From the IMG/VR virus record IMGVR_UViG_2921473944_000001, positions 1-64,000 of that record: 64,000 nucleotides of DNA, one strand, 5' to 3'. Both the position numbers and the translations under genes were made by a program. Below, in pieces: positions 28,459-36,904 of this stretch; position 1 is the stretch's first letter; each line of letters opens with the position of its first letter. Source of the stretch: a virus. Taxonomy: Duplodnaviria > Caudoviricetes. The notes under the pieces are model-generated. The model was not told the origin of the DNA. It searched no databases and saw only the letters and a list, made by a program, of their open reading frames with translations.

Positions 28459-28848
28459 TCATTTTGATTGTGATTCTGCTTCAAAGTTCAATCGCCATTC
28501 GAGTTCTTTGACTGCTTCATTGATAGCGTTCATATGTGTTGAACTTGCTGGTGGATCAAACAGAAGACGAACTTTAAGACAGATGTAACTCTTTACAGAT
28601 TCAAAGTTCTCAAATCCATCTGGTAAGTATTCACTCCAAGTTTCACTCCCAGTACTTAAACGAAAGCCGCCAGATGGTCCTACTCCGAGCTGGGTAAGAA
28701 TTGTGAATACTGTGTTGATGTGAATCGTTAGTATCTCATCAAATGCCGTATACTCAGGCATAAGACCAATTCCAACTTTTACATCATCGAGAATTTTGTT
28801 CTCCATAACTGCTCCTCCTTTCTGCCCACTTATCGTTTCCATGGGCAA
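28459..28848 (-). CDS. Head-tail adaptor / connector-like protein
   Basis: 'ILDDVK..IG....FD..L.IHIN.VF..L.QLGVGP...ELEWRL' resembles gp6/gp15-like connectors. Likely start MENKIL. Confidence 0.55.
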   Translation of the reverse strand: MPMETISGQKGGAVMENKILDDVKVGIGLMPEYTAFDEILTIHINTVFTILTQLGVGPSGGFRLSTGSETWSEYLPDGFENFESVKSYICLKVRLLFDPPASSTHMNAINEAVKELEWRLNFEAESQSK

Positions 28849-29255
28849 GTGTCGTTCTTAGTCCTTACTAGAGGTTCAGTCATGAGTAAACTCTCATCAC
28901 CGTAATGTATTGCATTGTGCGTATTGTGAATTGTAGAGATGACATTCTCTGGATCAAGTATCATAGAATTTCTCTGTTCAATGTCTTTCAGAGTAATTGG
29001 ATTAATATGATGAATGATAATCTTTCCTGTAATTTCATAACCGTCACAGCCGAGGTCACAACCGTTATCACGAATAATAATGTCTCGTCTGAATCGTCGC
29101 CATTCACTTGAATGATATAGTGTCTGGTTTAAGTATCGATCATAACCAAATGTGTCTTCGCCGACTTGTCCAGTCAGTTTCAAATATCGATAGCGTTGAA
29201 TGAATGTTGGTAATTGAATAAGTTCTGAGTAAGTTTTAATCTTCGTACTCATAGT
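28830..29255 (-). CDS. HNH endonuclease (packaging-associated)
   Basis: 'RDNGCDLG...IIHHINP...ENVIS..HNTHNAIH'; adjacent to TerS. Likely start MSTKIKT near 29255. Confidence 0.8.
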   Translation of the reverse strand, partial: TMSTKIKTYSELIQLPTFIQRYRYLKLTGQVGEDTFGYDRYLNQTLYHSSEWRRFRRDIIIRDNGCDLGCDGYEITGKIIIHHINPITLKDIEQRNSMILDPENVISTIHNTHNAIHYGDESLLMTEPLVRTKNDTCPWKR

Positions 29256-29595
29256 CTTCAGCATCACCCTGTCCGCCGTAAACACGAAGCATTTTAATTG
29301 CATCTTCATACAGCTGTTTAATTTCTTCGCCAGATTGGTATGCTTTTGCCTTTGCTTCGAGAACTGTGTTTTCTTTCTTCAACTTCTCTTTTTCTAATTC
29401 TGCTTTGGTCGTTCCGAGTTTCAGGAAATGGGTTATTACCTGAGATGATGCAGTACCGTTTAAGAACTGCTCTTCTGCTGCGTCATATGCCATAGCTATC
29501 AACTGCTGCTCTCTAGCCTCCGGAGTTAATGCCGGTGGACTTTTCCTAGTAGGTTTTGTTGACTTTGTTGTAGCTTTCGCCATTGTTACTGTCAC
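29236..29595 (-). CDS. Probable terminase small subunit
   Basis: First gene after the putative cos; 'PPALTPEAREQQLIAMA...GTASSQVITHFLKLG' followed by a coiled coil. Confidence 0.55.
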   Translation of the reverse strand: MTVTMAKATTKSTKPTRKSPPALTPEAREQQLIAMAYDAAEEQFLNGTASSQVITHFLKLGTTKAELEKEKLKKENTVLEAKAKAYQSGEEIKQLYEDAIKMLRVYGGQGDAEDYEYED

Positions 29596-29651
29596 CTCTC
29601 TTTTAGTTGTATAGTGTTATACTGTTAGATTTATTGAGTTTTGGTATACTT

Positions 29652-29817
29652 TTACAACATTTAATAGAGCCAATGAGTAGGTGATTAATCCTTATAAGAA
29701 AGGAAGTAACAAAAAAAGTATAAGGAAGTACATAATTGAGATAAGCGGCATAGTAGTAGGGTGGCAAAACCATTTCACGTTCGGCTCTTCTCTCATTGAC
29801 TCTATTAAATGTTGTAA
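29652..29817 (-). repeat. 26-bp inverted repeat enclosing 114 nt (possible structured RNA)
   Basis: Arms at 29652-29677 and 29792-29817. The single mismatch becomes a G.U pair on the minus-strand RNA. Confidence 0.8.
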
Positions 29818-29911
29818 TAAAAACACCCCTTACCACAATCCAACGATGGAGTAGGTATGGGGTGTCTATAGTTTCTTTAATTTCTTTAATTTTTATATTA
29901 GTATCGCTACT

Positions 29912-30021
29912 CTACTCTTCATAAATGATATCGAGACCATAAGCAACAGCAGCTTCGTGTTCGATCTTACATCCTCTTGCATTCTCCCAGCCATTGGCTG
30001 ACTTAACATTGCTTTCTTCAT
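29912..30021 (-). pseudogene. Internally deleted DUF4406-like (nucleoside deoxyribosyltransferase-like) gene remnant
   Basis: MKKAMLSQPMAG is fused out of frame to GWENARGCKIEHEAAVAYGLDIIYEE*, the two ends of a common gut-phage protein; good RBS. Confidence 0.7.
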
Positions 30022-30132
30022 ATACTTACCACCTTTTCGCATAATATTAGTTACAATTTAGTAATGCCCATTAAAGGGCTGTAGTAAAGTTTCAAATATC
30101 AATCTCCAAATATCCCGCCGGAGAAAATACAA

Positions 30133-30141
30133 AGACCGGCG
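30133..30141 (-). other. Putative cos site (9-nt CGCCGGTCT) in a G/C-run packaging region
   Basis: Lies between the RNAP operon end and TerS, flanked by GGGAGGGGG and CCCCCTACCCCC runs. Resembles the CGCCG-x-x-CT overhangs recalled for related actinophage clusters. Confidence 0.55.
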
Positions 30142-30401
30142 CGATACAGGGAGGGGGTGTAATTTTGAAGATACCCCCTACCCCCTAAAATGATATTCCA
30201 TAGTATCTGTATAATTATATTTCACTATATTTTCACTATTTTTCATCATTTTTACCGGCTTTTATCCATTTCATTAATGTAGCTGCATTTTATTTATTAT
30301 TCGTTTCTGTTTCTTCACATCAACGCTTTACTTACAAAAGAAAGGCTTGAACATTGCGATTATTATTGACAGTTGAATTGAGTCAGACTAAAACTTTTGA
30401 A

Positions 30402-30674
30402 TCAAACAGCAACTTTAACACTTCGCTTAACTTTCTTGAAGATACTCAAAGGATTTACAGTAAGGATTTCGTCGATTGCTCTTTCCAGTTCAACTACTTT
30501 CTCTTTCTCAGTCATTCCATCAAAGTAATGAGAAACTCGATCTACATAACCACAACAATTGTAACCTTTTTCCATGTCGTAATCATACCAATTATCGAAG
30601 TCATCAATTGGATCGAAAGGATTGTCAATGGTTGTCAAAGCAATGTAAGTTTCTGTAATAGTTTCTTGTGGCAT
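30402..30674 (-). CDS. Conserved hypothetical protein
   Basis: 90 aa, 'LTTIDNPFDP.DDFDNWY.YD..KGY'; coupled to the RNAP gene. Confidence 0.7.
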   Translation of the reverse strand: MPQETITETYIALTTIDNPFDPIDDFDNWYDYDMEKGYNCCGYVDRVSHYFDGMTEKEKVVELERAIDEILTVNPLSIFKKVKRSVKVAV

Positions 30675-30675
30675 C

Positions 30676-33600
30676 TTAGATCACTTCCTTTCCTTTAAGA
30701 TACTTACTGATTGTTGATGTAGAGAAGCCAGTCTTCTTTGCTATCTCTTCAAGTGTATAGTTTGATGCTGCTAATGCTTTGAATCTGGCAGCCTGTGCTT
30801 TACTTGGTGATGTTGTAGTTTTAGGCATAGCTCTCTGTCTTAACTTATCTATATCCGTATTATTAAGAATCTGGTCAAGTTTACTAGCACTAATAGCACC
30901 AGCCTGTATAGCCTCCCACTCTTTGTCTGTAATCTCTATGTTACGCTGTGATCGCTTAGCAGAACCTACTTCATTACGATATTTGGATATGGATTTCTGT
31001 CTGAGCTTACGAAGATCTTCTTTACTCATATTAGGATCGTTCTTCTGCTTCTCTTGAATCTCAGTATTAGCCCTGCGCATAGCCTCTCGCTCCTTAGGCT
31101 GGTTCTTCTTAGCCTCCTTGAGCTTAGTATCCAGTGATGTTACTTCAGTCTGGTACTGTTTACGCATAGCCTGGTTGTATGCTATATCTTTAGTGTTAAC
31201 TATTTCCATTCTGGCTTTGTTACCAAGTGCCTTCATATCATTAGCATACTCAGCATATACCAGTTCCATTTGATGCTTCTTAGGTGATACAAGAGACATT
31301 GCATCGTTTGTTTCAGCCATCTTTGTACTGACCTGATTACGCTGTTTAACATGGTACTGTATTTTACCCGTACTATCTGTAAAGGTTACTTCCCCAGTCT
31401 CTTTGTTAATATGCTGTACCGGGTAGTACTTCTTAGCAGCTACCTTATCCTTAGGATCATAAGAAATAATCTTACCGTCTTCCGTACGGATGTCCACCAT
31501 ACCAGTCTTCTTATTCTTTCCTTTGTCGGCATAGTACAATTTTTTAGGGTCCATAGTCTTCCATACTTTAGCACCGTCTGGTAGGTCTGGATTATAATCT
31601 TTTGTACCCGGAGCATTAATCTTATAACCGCCCTGTCGTTTAGCTACTGAATACTGTCCTTTAGCACTAGACAACAATGTTGAAGCTCCACCAATCTTGA
31701 TACTTCCGTCTGGCTGTATGCTCTGCTGGAATTCAGCTTTAAGAGCAGAGATGTTATTCTCTTTCTCACTAGCTTTATAATCAAGATGATGTTTCTGTGC
31801 ATCGATAACAACCATACTATGCCGTACGGCTCTAGCTATCTTTTCTTCACTGGCTCCGCCGAGTGTCATATCCGTAATAAGGTTAGAAATAACGCCCATC
31901 TGTTTCTGAGTATCTTTCATTATTGGATACTCATGACCATTGCGTGTATAATGTTCTACACCGTTAGAATCGACGGTTTTAGTTCCGCCATATTCAACTT
32001 TCGGATCAAATCCCTCAAGCCCTTTCAATGGACGTTTGTTTTTGATTTTTATTTTACCGCCTGCATCATTCGTAGGGATACACATTACTGTATCTCCGTC
32101 AAAATCTGCTCCAGATAACTGGTCTGCGATTTTATGATTGATACCTACAGCATCGATGCTTTCTCCTGAAATAATCTTCTGTCCAAGCTTATTCTTGTTG
32201 TTTACAGTAAGAATAGGAATCTCAAAGATACCTCCATGCGGGTAACGAATTAATGCTAGTTGTGTTCCTGTAGCATAGTTAGGTGCATAGATTTCGTTGT
32301 CTTTCAAACTATTAATAGGAATAATAACATGGTATCTCTGTCCCGGGAGAGCAGCTGCTTTCAAATGTACTGCTGCAGAATCACATCCGTCAGCAAACTT
32401 TTCAAGTAAGTGTTTCTTGATAGTAGGATTCTGAAGACTACAGATTTCATCGAACTCAGCGAGCTTGTCAGCTTTAGCAAGTCCTAACTGTTTCTTTGCC
32501 AGTGGCACTGCTTGTTTTGAAAGGAACTGTGATGGTAAAGCATTTGCCCATTCAGTCCAGTCACCCTCATCAGCTCTTTTATTAATGAGTCCGAGTTTCG
32601 GTTTACCAGTCTTCTTATCGGTATACCAATACTGTCCGCCCTGGTCCGCATCTTTAATTAATGAACCAAACGGATTATCCGGATCATCTTTGATCTTTTT
32701 AAGTACATCGTTTTGTGGAGTTCCGCGTTTCTTATTAGTATTGAACACAACGTCTACTCCGTCAGGCATATTATCAGAATATACAGCCATACCTTTAAGG
32801 TAGTGAGTACCATCGACCATGATACGAACCTGTGAATATTTAGAATCGCCTAATGATAAGTCCTGAACTCCTCTACGAAGTTCAATGATACCATCTTTCT
32901 CAATACCTTTAGTTCCATCACTGTCCGTATCCTCTGCATATCTGATCAGAAGTCTCTTAGAATCAAGACTTTCCGGATATGTAAATTTTCTGTGATATGT
33001 ATCGCCACCATCATTAGACTGGTAATCTGTAATAGTCTTTACTTTACTGTAATCGTAGATATCTGAGTTCTTTGTTCCAGGAAGACACAATACTTTTTGG
33101 TTTGTCTGTTGATTTGCATTTGTTGGCTGAGGAATACCACCACCATAAATAGGACAATCTTCAGCTTTCTGTAAATAATCAAGGGCTGTATCAAGTCGTG
33201 TTCTTGTAATACCGAGATCCTGTTCTACACCAGCACCAACGTCAATCATGCCTTTCTCTTTAAGCTGATCTCTAAGAAAGTTAACTGTCTCCATAGTCTG
33301 ATTCATGTTATCTTCTCTCGATGGTTCTAATAGCGATCTTACTGTCGATTCAGAAATACCCATTTTTCTACCAATTTCAGTAGCACCAAGACCATCAGCT
33401 TTTAAACTTTTAGCTGTCTGAACCTGATCCAGACGTACTTCATATTTTGCCCAGCTTACCTGTCTGCGGTATTCAGTTGATGTTAGCCCCATAGATTTAT
33501 AGATAGCTTTCTCGCCCGTGAACTTCTCTCCTGTTTCTGGATCAGTCCATGTAAATCCATCTTTCTTCATTTCTTTTACACGACCGAGGAAGTCACTGCC

Positions 33601-33816
33601 GTGTTGGTAAGGTGATTCCCCTGATCCATATGGGTATCGTCCGCTTCTTCTTGGCATACCATAATGCATAGCATCATTTTCGCTTTCAGCAATACCAAAA
33701 CATTCAGCAATCTCTTCCGCTACTTTATTGGTGTCCGAATGTCTTATTGGTTCAGAATTATCAATAGTATCGGCTAATCCATAGTACGACATTATTTCTT
33801 CTGCTATTGGGTTCAT
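30676..33816 (-). CDS. Single-subunit two-barrel (YonO-like) RNA polymerase with terminal HTH domains
   Basis: Catalytic 'LSGADFDGD' (D571-D575; nt 32092-32106), upstream 'LIRYPH' (R524), 'YLKGM', 'QMGVISNLITDM'. HTH motifs near both ends. Confidence 0.8.
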   Translation of the reverse strand: MNPIAEEIMSYYGLADTIDNSEPIRHSDTNKVAEEIAECFGIAESENDAMHYGMPRRSGRYPYGSGESPYQHGSDFLGRVKEMKKDGFTWTDPETGEKFTGEKAIYKSMGLTSTEYRRQVSWAKYEVRLDQVQTAKSLKADGLGATEIGRKMGISESTVRSLLEPSREDNMNQTMETVNFLRDQLKEKGMIDVGAGVEQDLGITRTRLDTALDYLQKAEDCPIYGGGIPQPTNANQQTNQKVLCLPGTKNSDIYDYSKVKTITDYQSNDGGDTYHRKFTYPESLDSKRLLIRYAEDTDSDGTKGIEKDGIIELRRGVQDLSLGDSKYSQVRIMVDGTHYLKGMAVYSDNMPDGVDVVFNTNKKRGTPQNDVLKKIKDDPDNPFGSLIKDADQGGQYWYTDKKTGKPKLGLINKRADEGDWTEWANALPSQFLSKQAVPLAKKQLGLAKADKLAEFDEICSLQNPTIKKHLLEKFADGCDSAAVHLKAAALPGQRYHVIIPINSLKDNEIYAPNYATGTQLALIRYPHGGIFEIPILTVNNKNKLGQKIISGESIDAVGINHKIADQLSGADFDGDTVMCIPTNDAGGKIKIKNKRPLKGLEGFDPKVEYGGTKTVDSNGVEHYTRNGHEYPIMKDTQKQMGVISNLITDMTLGGASEEKIARAVRHSMVVIDAQKHHLDYKASEKENNISALKAEFQQSIQPDGSIKIGGASTLLSSAKGQYSVAKRQGGYKINAPGTKDYNPDLPDGAKVWKTMDPKKLYYADKGKNKKTGMVDIRTEDGKIISYDPKDKVAAKKYYPVQHINKETGEVTFTDSTGKIQYHVKQRNQVSTKMAETNDAMSLVSPKKHQMELVYAEYANDMKALGNKARMEIVNTKDIAYNQAMRKQYQTEVTSLDTKLKEAKKNQPKEREAMRRANTEIQEKQKNDPNMSKEDLRKLRQKSISKYRNEVGSAKRSQRNIEITDKEWEAIQAGAISASKLDQILNNTDIDKLRQRAMPKTTTSPSKAQAARFKALAASNYTLEEIAKKTGFSTSTISKYLKGKEVI

Positions 33817-33818
33817 GA

Positions 33819-34448
33819 TTACATACCCTCCTCATGAATTCTTTCCATAGTTCTACAATGTTGAATAATACAATCCATCACTGGTAAAATGTCATCAGCT
33901 GTTGGTTCGTCATGAATAATTTCATCATTCTGATAGATACATAATTCAACATCAATATCTCCTGGTTTTACTTTATACTCCAAACAGAAAAGAGCAGCAT
34001 ATGCCAAAAGTTGTTCCATTTTTGCAGGTGCTGTGCCGGTTTTTAAATCGTGTATTCTCAAGAAATTATTTCTAAAAGAAATAGCATCAGCTGTTCCATA
34101 ACAATATGGTGAATAATATAAAATCTGTTCAGGAGTAAGTTTGAACCCTACACCGTCATTTACATAGTTCCTAAAGTTACCATAGATACGTTCCATGTCG
34201 ATTACATTTCTTGGGATACCGTCGCTCAGTAAATGAGATAATACTGTAAGGTCGTCATTTTTCTTAAGCTTTAGCCCATTTCTGATAAGTGTTTCAGCAA
34301 GCTCATGTAATGATGTCCCCATAGCCTGTGCGTAGCTACTTACATATTTCTGGTAAAGCTGCTCATCCGAATATCTAAGCCAGTGAGGTTGACTAGGTGA
34401 TAACGTAGCGTGTTTACCGCGTAAGTCATAATGCTTTTCAAATATCAA
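33819..34448 (-). CDS. PD-(D/E)xK (Cas4-like) exonuclease
   Basis: 'YGTADAI...IHDLKTG...QLLAYA' RecB/Cas4-type motifs. Likely TTG start at 34448 after AAGGAGG. Confidence 0.8.
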   Translation of the reverse strand: MIFEKHYDLRGKHATLSPSQPHWLRYSDEQLYQKYVSSYAQAMGTSLHELAETLIRNGLKLKKNDDLTVLSHLLSDGIPRNVIDMERIYGNFRNYVNDGVGFKLTPEQILYYSPYCYGTADAISFRNNFLRIHDLKTGTAPAKMEQLLAYAALFCLEYKVKPGDIDVELCIYQNDEIIHDEPTADDILPVMDCIIQHCRTMERIHEEGM

Positions 34449-34461
34449 TGTAGTGTCCTCC

Positions 34462-34752
34462 TTATGTATTGAAATGGTTTTGAAGTTCTGCCATAACTTC
34501 ATCTTCATTTTCCGGAAATATAAATGCTGCGTAAGACATCTGATTCATCTTATCTACGTAGTAATCTTGATTTGGCTGATGACTAGCTTTTGCACTTTTC
34601 TTAACTTCTAGTGCAGCCCAAGTATTCTCGTAAAATATGGTCAGATCCGGAATGCCCTGCAGATATGTTGGATCATTTTTCAGTACAATGCATCCTGGAA
34701 ATTCATCTTTAATTCTCCGGATAAGTTTAGACTGAAATTTAGATTCTAACAT
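34462..34752 (-). CDS. VRR-NUC domain nuclease
   Basis: 'LESKFQ...GIPDLT...ALEVK...Q' motif. Confidence 0.85.
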   Translation of the reverse strand: MLESKFQSKLIRRIKDEFPGCIVLKNDPTYLQGIPDLTIFYENTWAALEVKKSAKASHQPNQDYYVDKMNQMSYAAFIFPENEDEVMAELQNHFNT

Positions 34753-34773
34753 ACAACCACCCTTTCTTATTGA

Positions 34774-34845
34774 TGGACCTTATAGGAATCGAACCTATTA
34801 CGTTTCGCTTATGAGGCGACTGTTCTACCAATGAACTAAAGGTCC
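34774..34845 (-). tRNA. tRNA with CAT anticodon, probably tRNA-Ile2 (lysidine-modified); no encoded CCA
   Basis: GGACCTT/AAGGTCC acceptor stem, GTTC/GAAC D-stem, CTCATAA loop, ATAGG-TTCGATT-CCTAT T-arm. G1-C72 excludes the initiator tRNA, and the acceptor stem matches Bacillota tRNA-Ile2. Confidence 0.85.
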
Positions 34846-34994
34846 ATAAATATAGACAAAAAGAAGGCGCAATGTTTGTCCGATTTGTTGTTGATTGACT
34901 GCTTGTTTTTTGCAAATCGGGAGACATTGTACCTTCTCTTCATAACAGGATAAGTTTTAGTGACGGGCATCGAGTGTTGTAAAAATAGTAGTTT

Positions 34995-35035
34995 TTGGGC
35001 AAAAAAAGAAGAGCGCTTGTTTATTTCGCGCCCTT
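34995..35035 (-). terminator. Intrinsic terminator
   Basis: GGGCGC-GAAATAAACAA-GCGCTC followed by TTCTTTTTTT. Confidence 0.65.
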
Positions 35036-35044
35036 TCAAAAATA

Positions 35045-35515
35045 TCATTTTACGAATTCAAAGTGTAATCCCGCTTTTGTACTTAGCGATGCTTGATTAG
35101 CACATCTACTAATAGCACGTCTACCGACGCCTGTATCTCGTGAGCAGTCATTAATTGATTTGTATTCTTTACCACTCTCGACACATTTTACTTTTCTATT
35201 TCGTCCGTTCTTTTCTGACAAAATATCTTTAGGTTTTCGCCACTCTAAATTACTGGCTTCCGGATTAGTCTTGTCTCCATCCTTATGAGTAATGACCATA
35301 CCATCTTCATAACCGTCAACAAACATTCGTCCAACAAGTGTACTTACATTTCTTGTATATTGCTTACCGTCTTCTGTAAGACTTACTCGTGTGTATCCTC
35401 GATCTGAAATATATGTAGACATTGCTCTTCCAGTTTTGTGGTTGCGAACATTCCCCTCATTACTGATGTCGTATCGTGGGAACTCATCACAATGTTTCCA
35501 TTCTTCATACTCCAT
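35045..35515 (-). CDS. NUMOD4-HNH homing-endonuclease-like protein
   Basis: 'EEWK....YDISNEGNVRN' (NUMOD4), 'HKDGDKTN...NLEW' (HNH) and a C-terminal NUMOD1/IENR-like segment. Confidence 0.8.
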   Translation of the reverse strand: MEYEEWKHCDEFPRYDISNEGNVRNHKTGRAMSTYISDRGYTRVSLTEDGKQYTRNVSTLVGRMFVDGYEDGMVITHKDGDKTNPEASNLEWRKPKDILSEKNGRNRKVKCVESGKEYKSINDCSRDTGVGRRAISRCANQASLSTKAGLHFEFVK

Positions 35516-35540
35516 TGGACTATACCTCTCTTTCCAAATG

Positions 35541-35969
35541 TCAATAAACTAACAACTCTGTAGGAGAACACTGCAGAGCCCTAGCTATTCGTTCTAAGTT
35601 ATACGTGCTTGGTGTTGCTTTTGCTTGTGCATATCTATTAATCATTGCTGTAGATATTCCACTTCGCCTAGCTAACACATCTTGTGACACAGCGGTACGA
35701 TACATCTTTTCTCGTAAGTTTCTTGATAATCGAATACGATATTCTTCTTCCGAAATATCATCTTCCGCTTCCGGATTAAGGTCTCTATTACCTAACGGTC
35801 TTATGGTCGGTCCTATCATGTCGAAGACCCAGAATGTCCCATTATCCAATCTTACTGTTATTTCCATCTGTCCACTTGGAAACCAGTGTATTGTTCGCGC
35901 TGCATATCGTGGGTATACATTAGCGTAATATTCAAACATAGTTTCCCAATAATCAATTCCTTTCTTCAT
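35541..35969 (-). CDS. XRE-family HTH transcriptional regulator
   Basis: C-terminal 'SQDVLARRSGISTAMINRY.....PST..L.RIARALQCSP.EL'. Confidence 0.8.
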   Translation of the reverse strand: MKKGIDYWETMFEYYANVYPRYAARTIHWFPSGQMEITVRLDNGTFWVFDMIGPTIRPLGNRDLNPEAEDDISEEEYRIRLSRNLREKMYRTAVSQDVLARRSGISTAMINRYAQAKATPSTYNLERIARALQCSPTELLVY

Positions 35970-36142
35970 TACGTCCTCCTTAATCTAAAGTATCAATAAT
36001 CCTTATACTGCCCGTTAATAGACCAGTAATTCCCCAAAAACAAAAAATTACGGAATTTATTTATATTAATTCCCAAATTAAACTATTGTATAATTTCTTA
36101 AACTATTGTTTAATTTGACTCTTATGGGAATATAAGGGTATA

Positions 36143-36391
36143 TAAATTTTTACAAAAAACACCACATTTTCGATTTTTTGTAAACATTAAATACGTTTTA
36201 AGTCCCAAAACACCCAATTTTTAACCTAAAATAGCGTTTTTACCACAAAAATCGACGAATTAATGTTTACAATAAATCGTTTTTCGAATTAATGTTTACA
36301 AAAAATACCCTATTAAATGTTTACAAAAAATCAAAATCGAATAAATGTTTACAATAAATAGGGCAAAATGAATAAATGTTTACAAAAAATC
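36143..36391. repeat. Iteron-like array, TAA(A)TGTTTACAA(A/T)AAAT
   Basis: Direct copies at ~36261, 36290, 36314, 36342 and 36373; an inverted copy at ~36173-36190; a degenerate copy at ~36143. Confidence 0.9.
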
Positions 36392-36595
36392 AATCCCATT
36401 TTCCATCATTTTATACGTATAATCGACCCATTTTTTAAGCATATCAGCCTTTGAAATGTTACGACTTTCGCATATAAAATTAAGTTTATCGGTAGTCTCA
36501 TCAGCAATTCGCATAGCTACAACATTATGCTTACCACCAGATTTAGATGGTCTACCTCTCTTTCGCTTGTTCTCTTCCACTAGCATCACCTCCAC
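36380..36595 (-). CDS. Ribbon-helix-helix (CopG-like) protein with GRP (AT-hook-like) motif
   Basis: 'KRGRP...VVAMRIADETTDKLNFIC...ISKADML'. Confidence 0.6.
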   Translation of the reverse strand: MEVMLVEENKRKRGRPSKSGGKHNVVAMRIADETTDKLNFICESRNISKADMLKKWVDYTYKMMENGIDFL

Positions 36596-36598
36596 GTC

Positions 36599-36892
36599 TT
36601 ATATAAAATAAACCAACAACGTAAGATAATGTATCACTTGATCGGCAGTATACGAAATCTTATTAAAACTTGCCTTTAATGGATCGACTATGCCGTGCAT
36701 CAGTAGAATTACACCTAACTGCCAGGTCATACCAAATACGAAATAAAACGGTACACAATATAATAAACAATGCACCAACATGTGATATCGATTCTCGCCT
36801 TTACTCTTAGCGATGAAATCACATTGCAACACATAGTCACCAATTAAATGGCAAGATATCAATAATAAAATTTTCTCAAACATTACAATCAC
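36599..36892 (-). CDS. DUF3307-like membrane protein
   Basis: 'HLIGDYVLQ...H...Y...H..VD...DQVIH' motif. Confidence 0.7.
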   Translation of the reverse strand: MIVMFEKILLLISCHLIGDYVLQCDFIAKSKGENRYHMLVHCLLYCVPFYFVFGMTWQLGVILLMHGIVDPLKASFNKISYTADQVIHYLTLLVYFI

Positions 36893-36904
36893 CTCATAAA
36901 AACT

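Noticed and set aside
30676-33816. RNA-dependent RNA polymerase or reverse-transcriptase interpretation of the DFDGD protein
   Set aside because: The dsDNA phage context, HTH domains and a matching DNA promoter family favour a DNA-dependent RNAP. No YxDD RT motif is present.
36261-36391. Possible CRISPR array
   Set aside because: Repeats are ~18 bp with only ~6-13-bp gaps, one copy is inverted, and there is no cas operon. The Cas4-like gene is an ordinary phage exonuclease.
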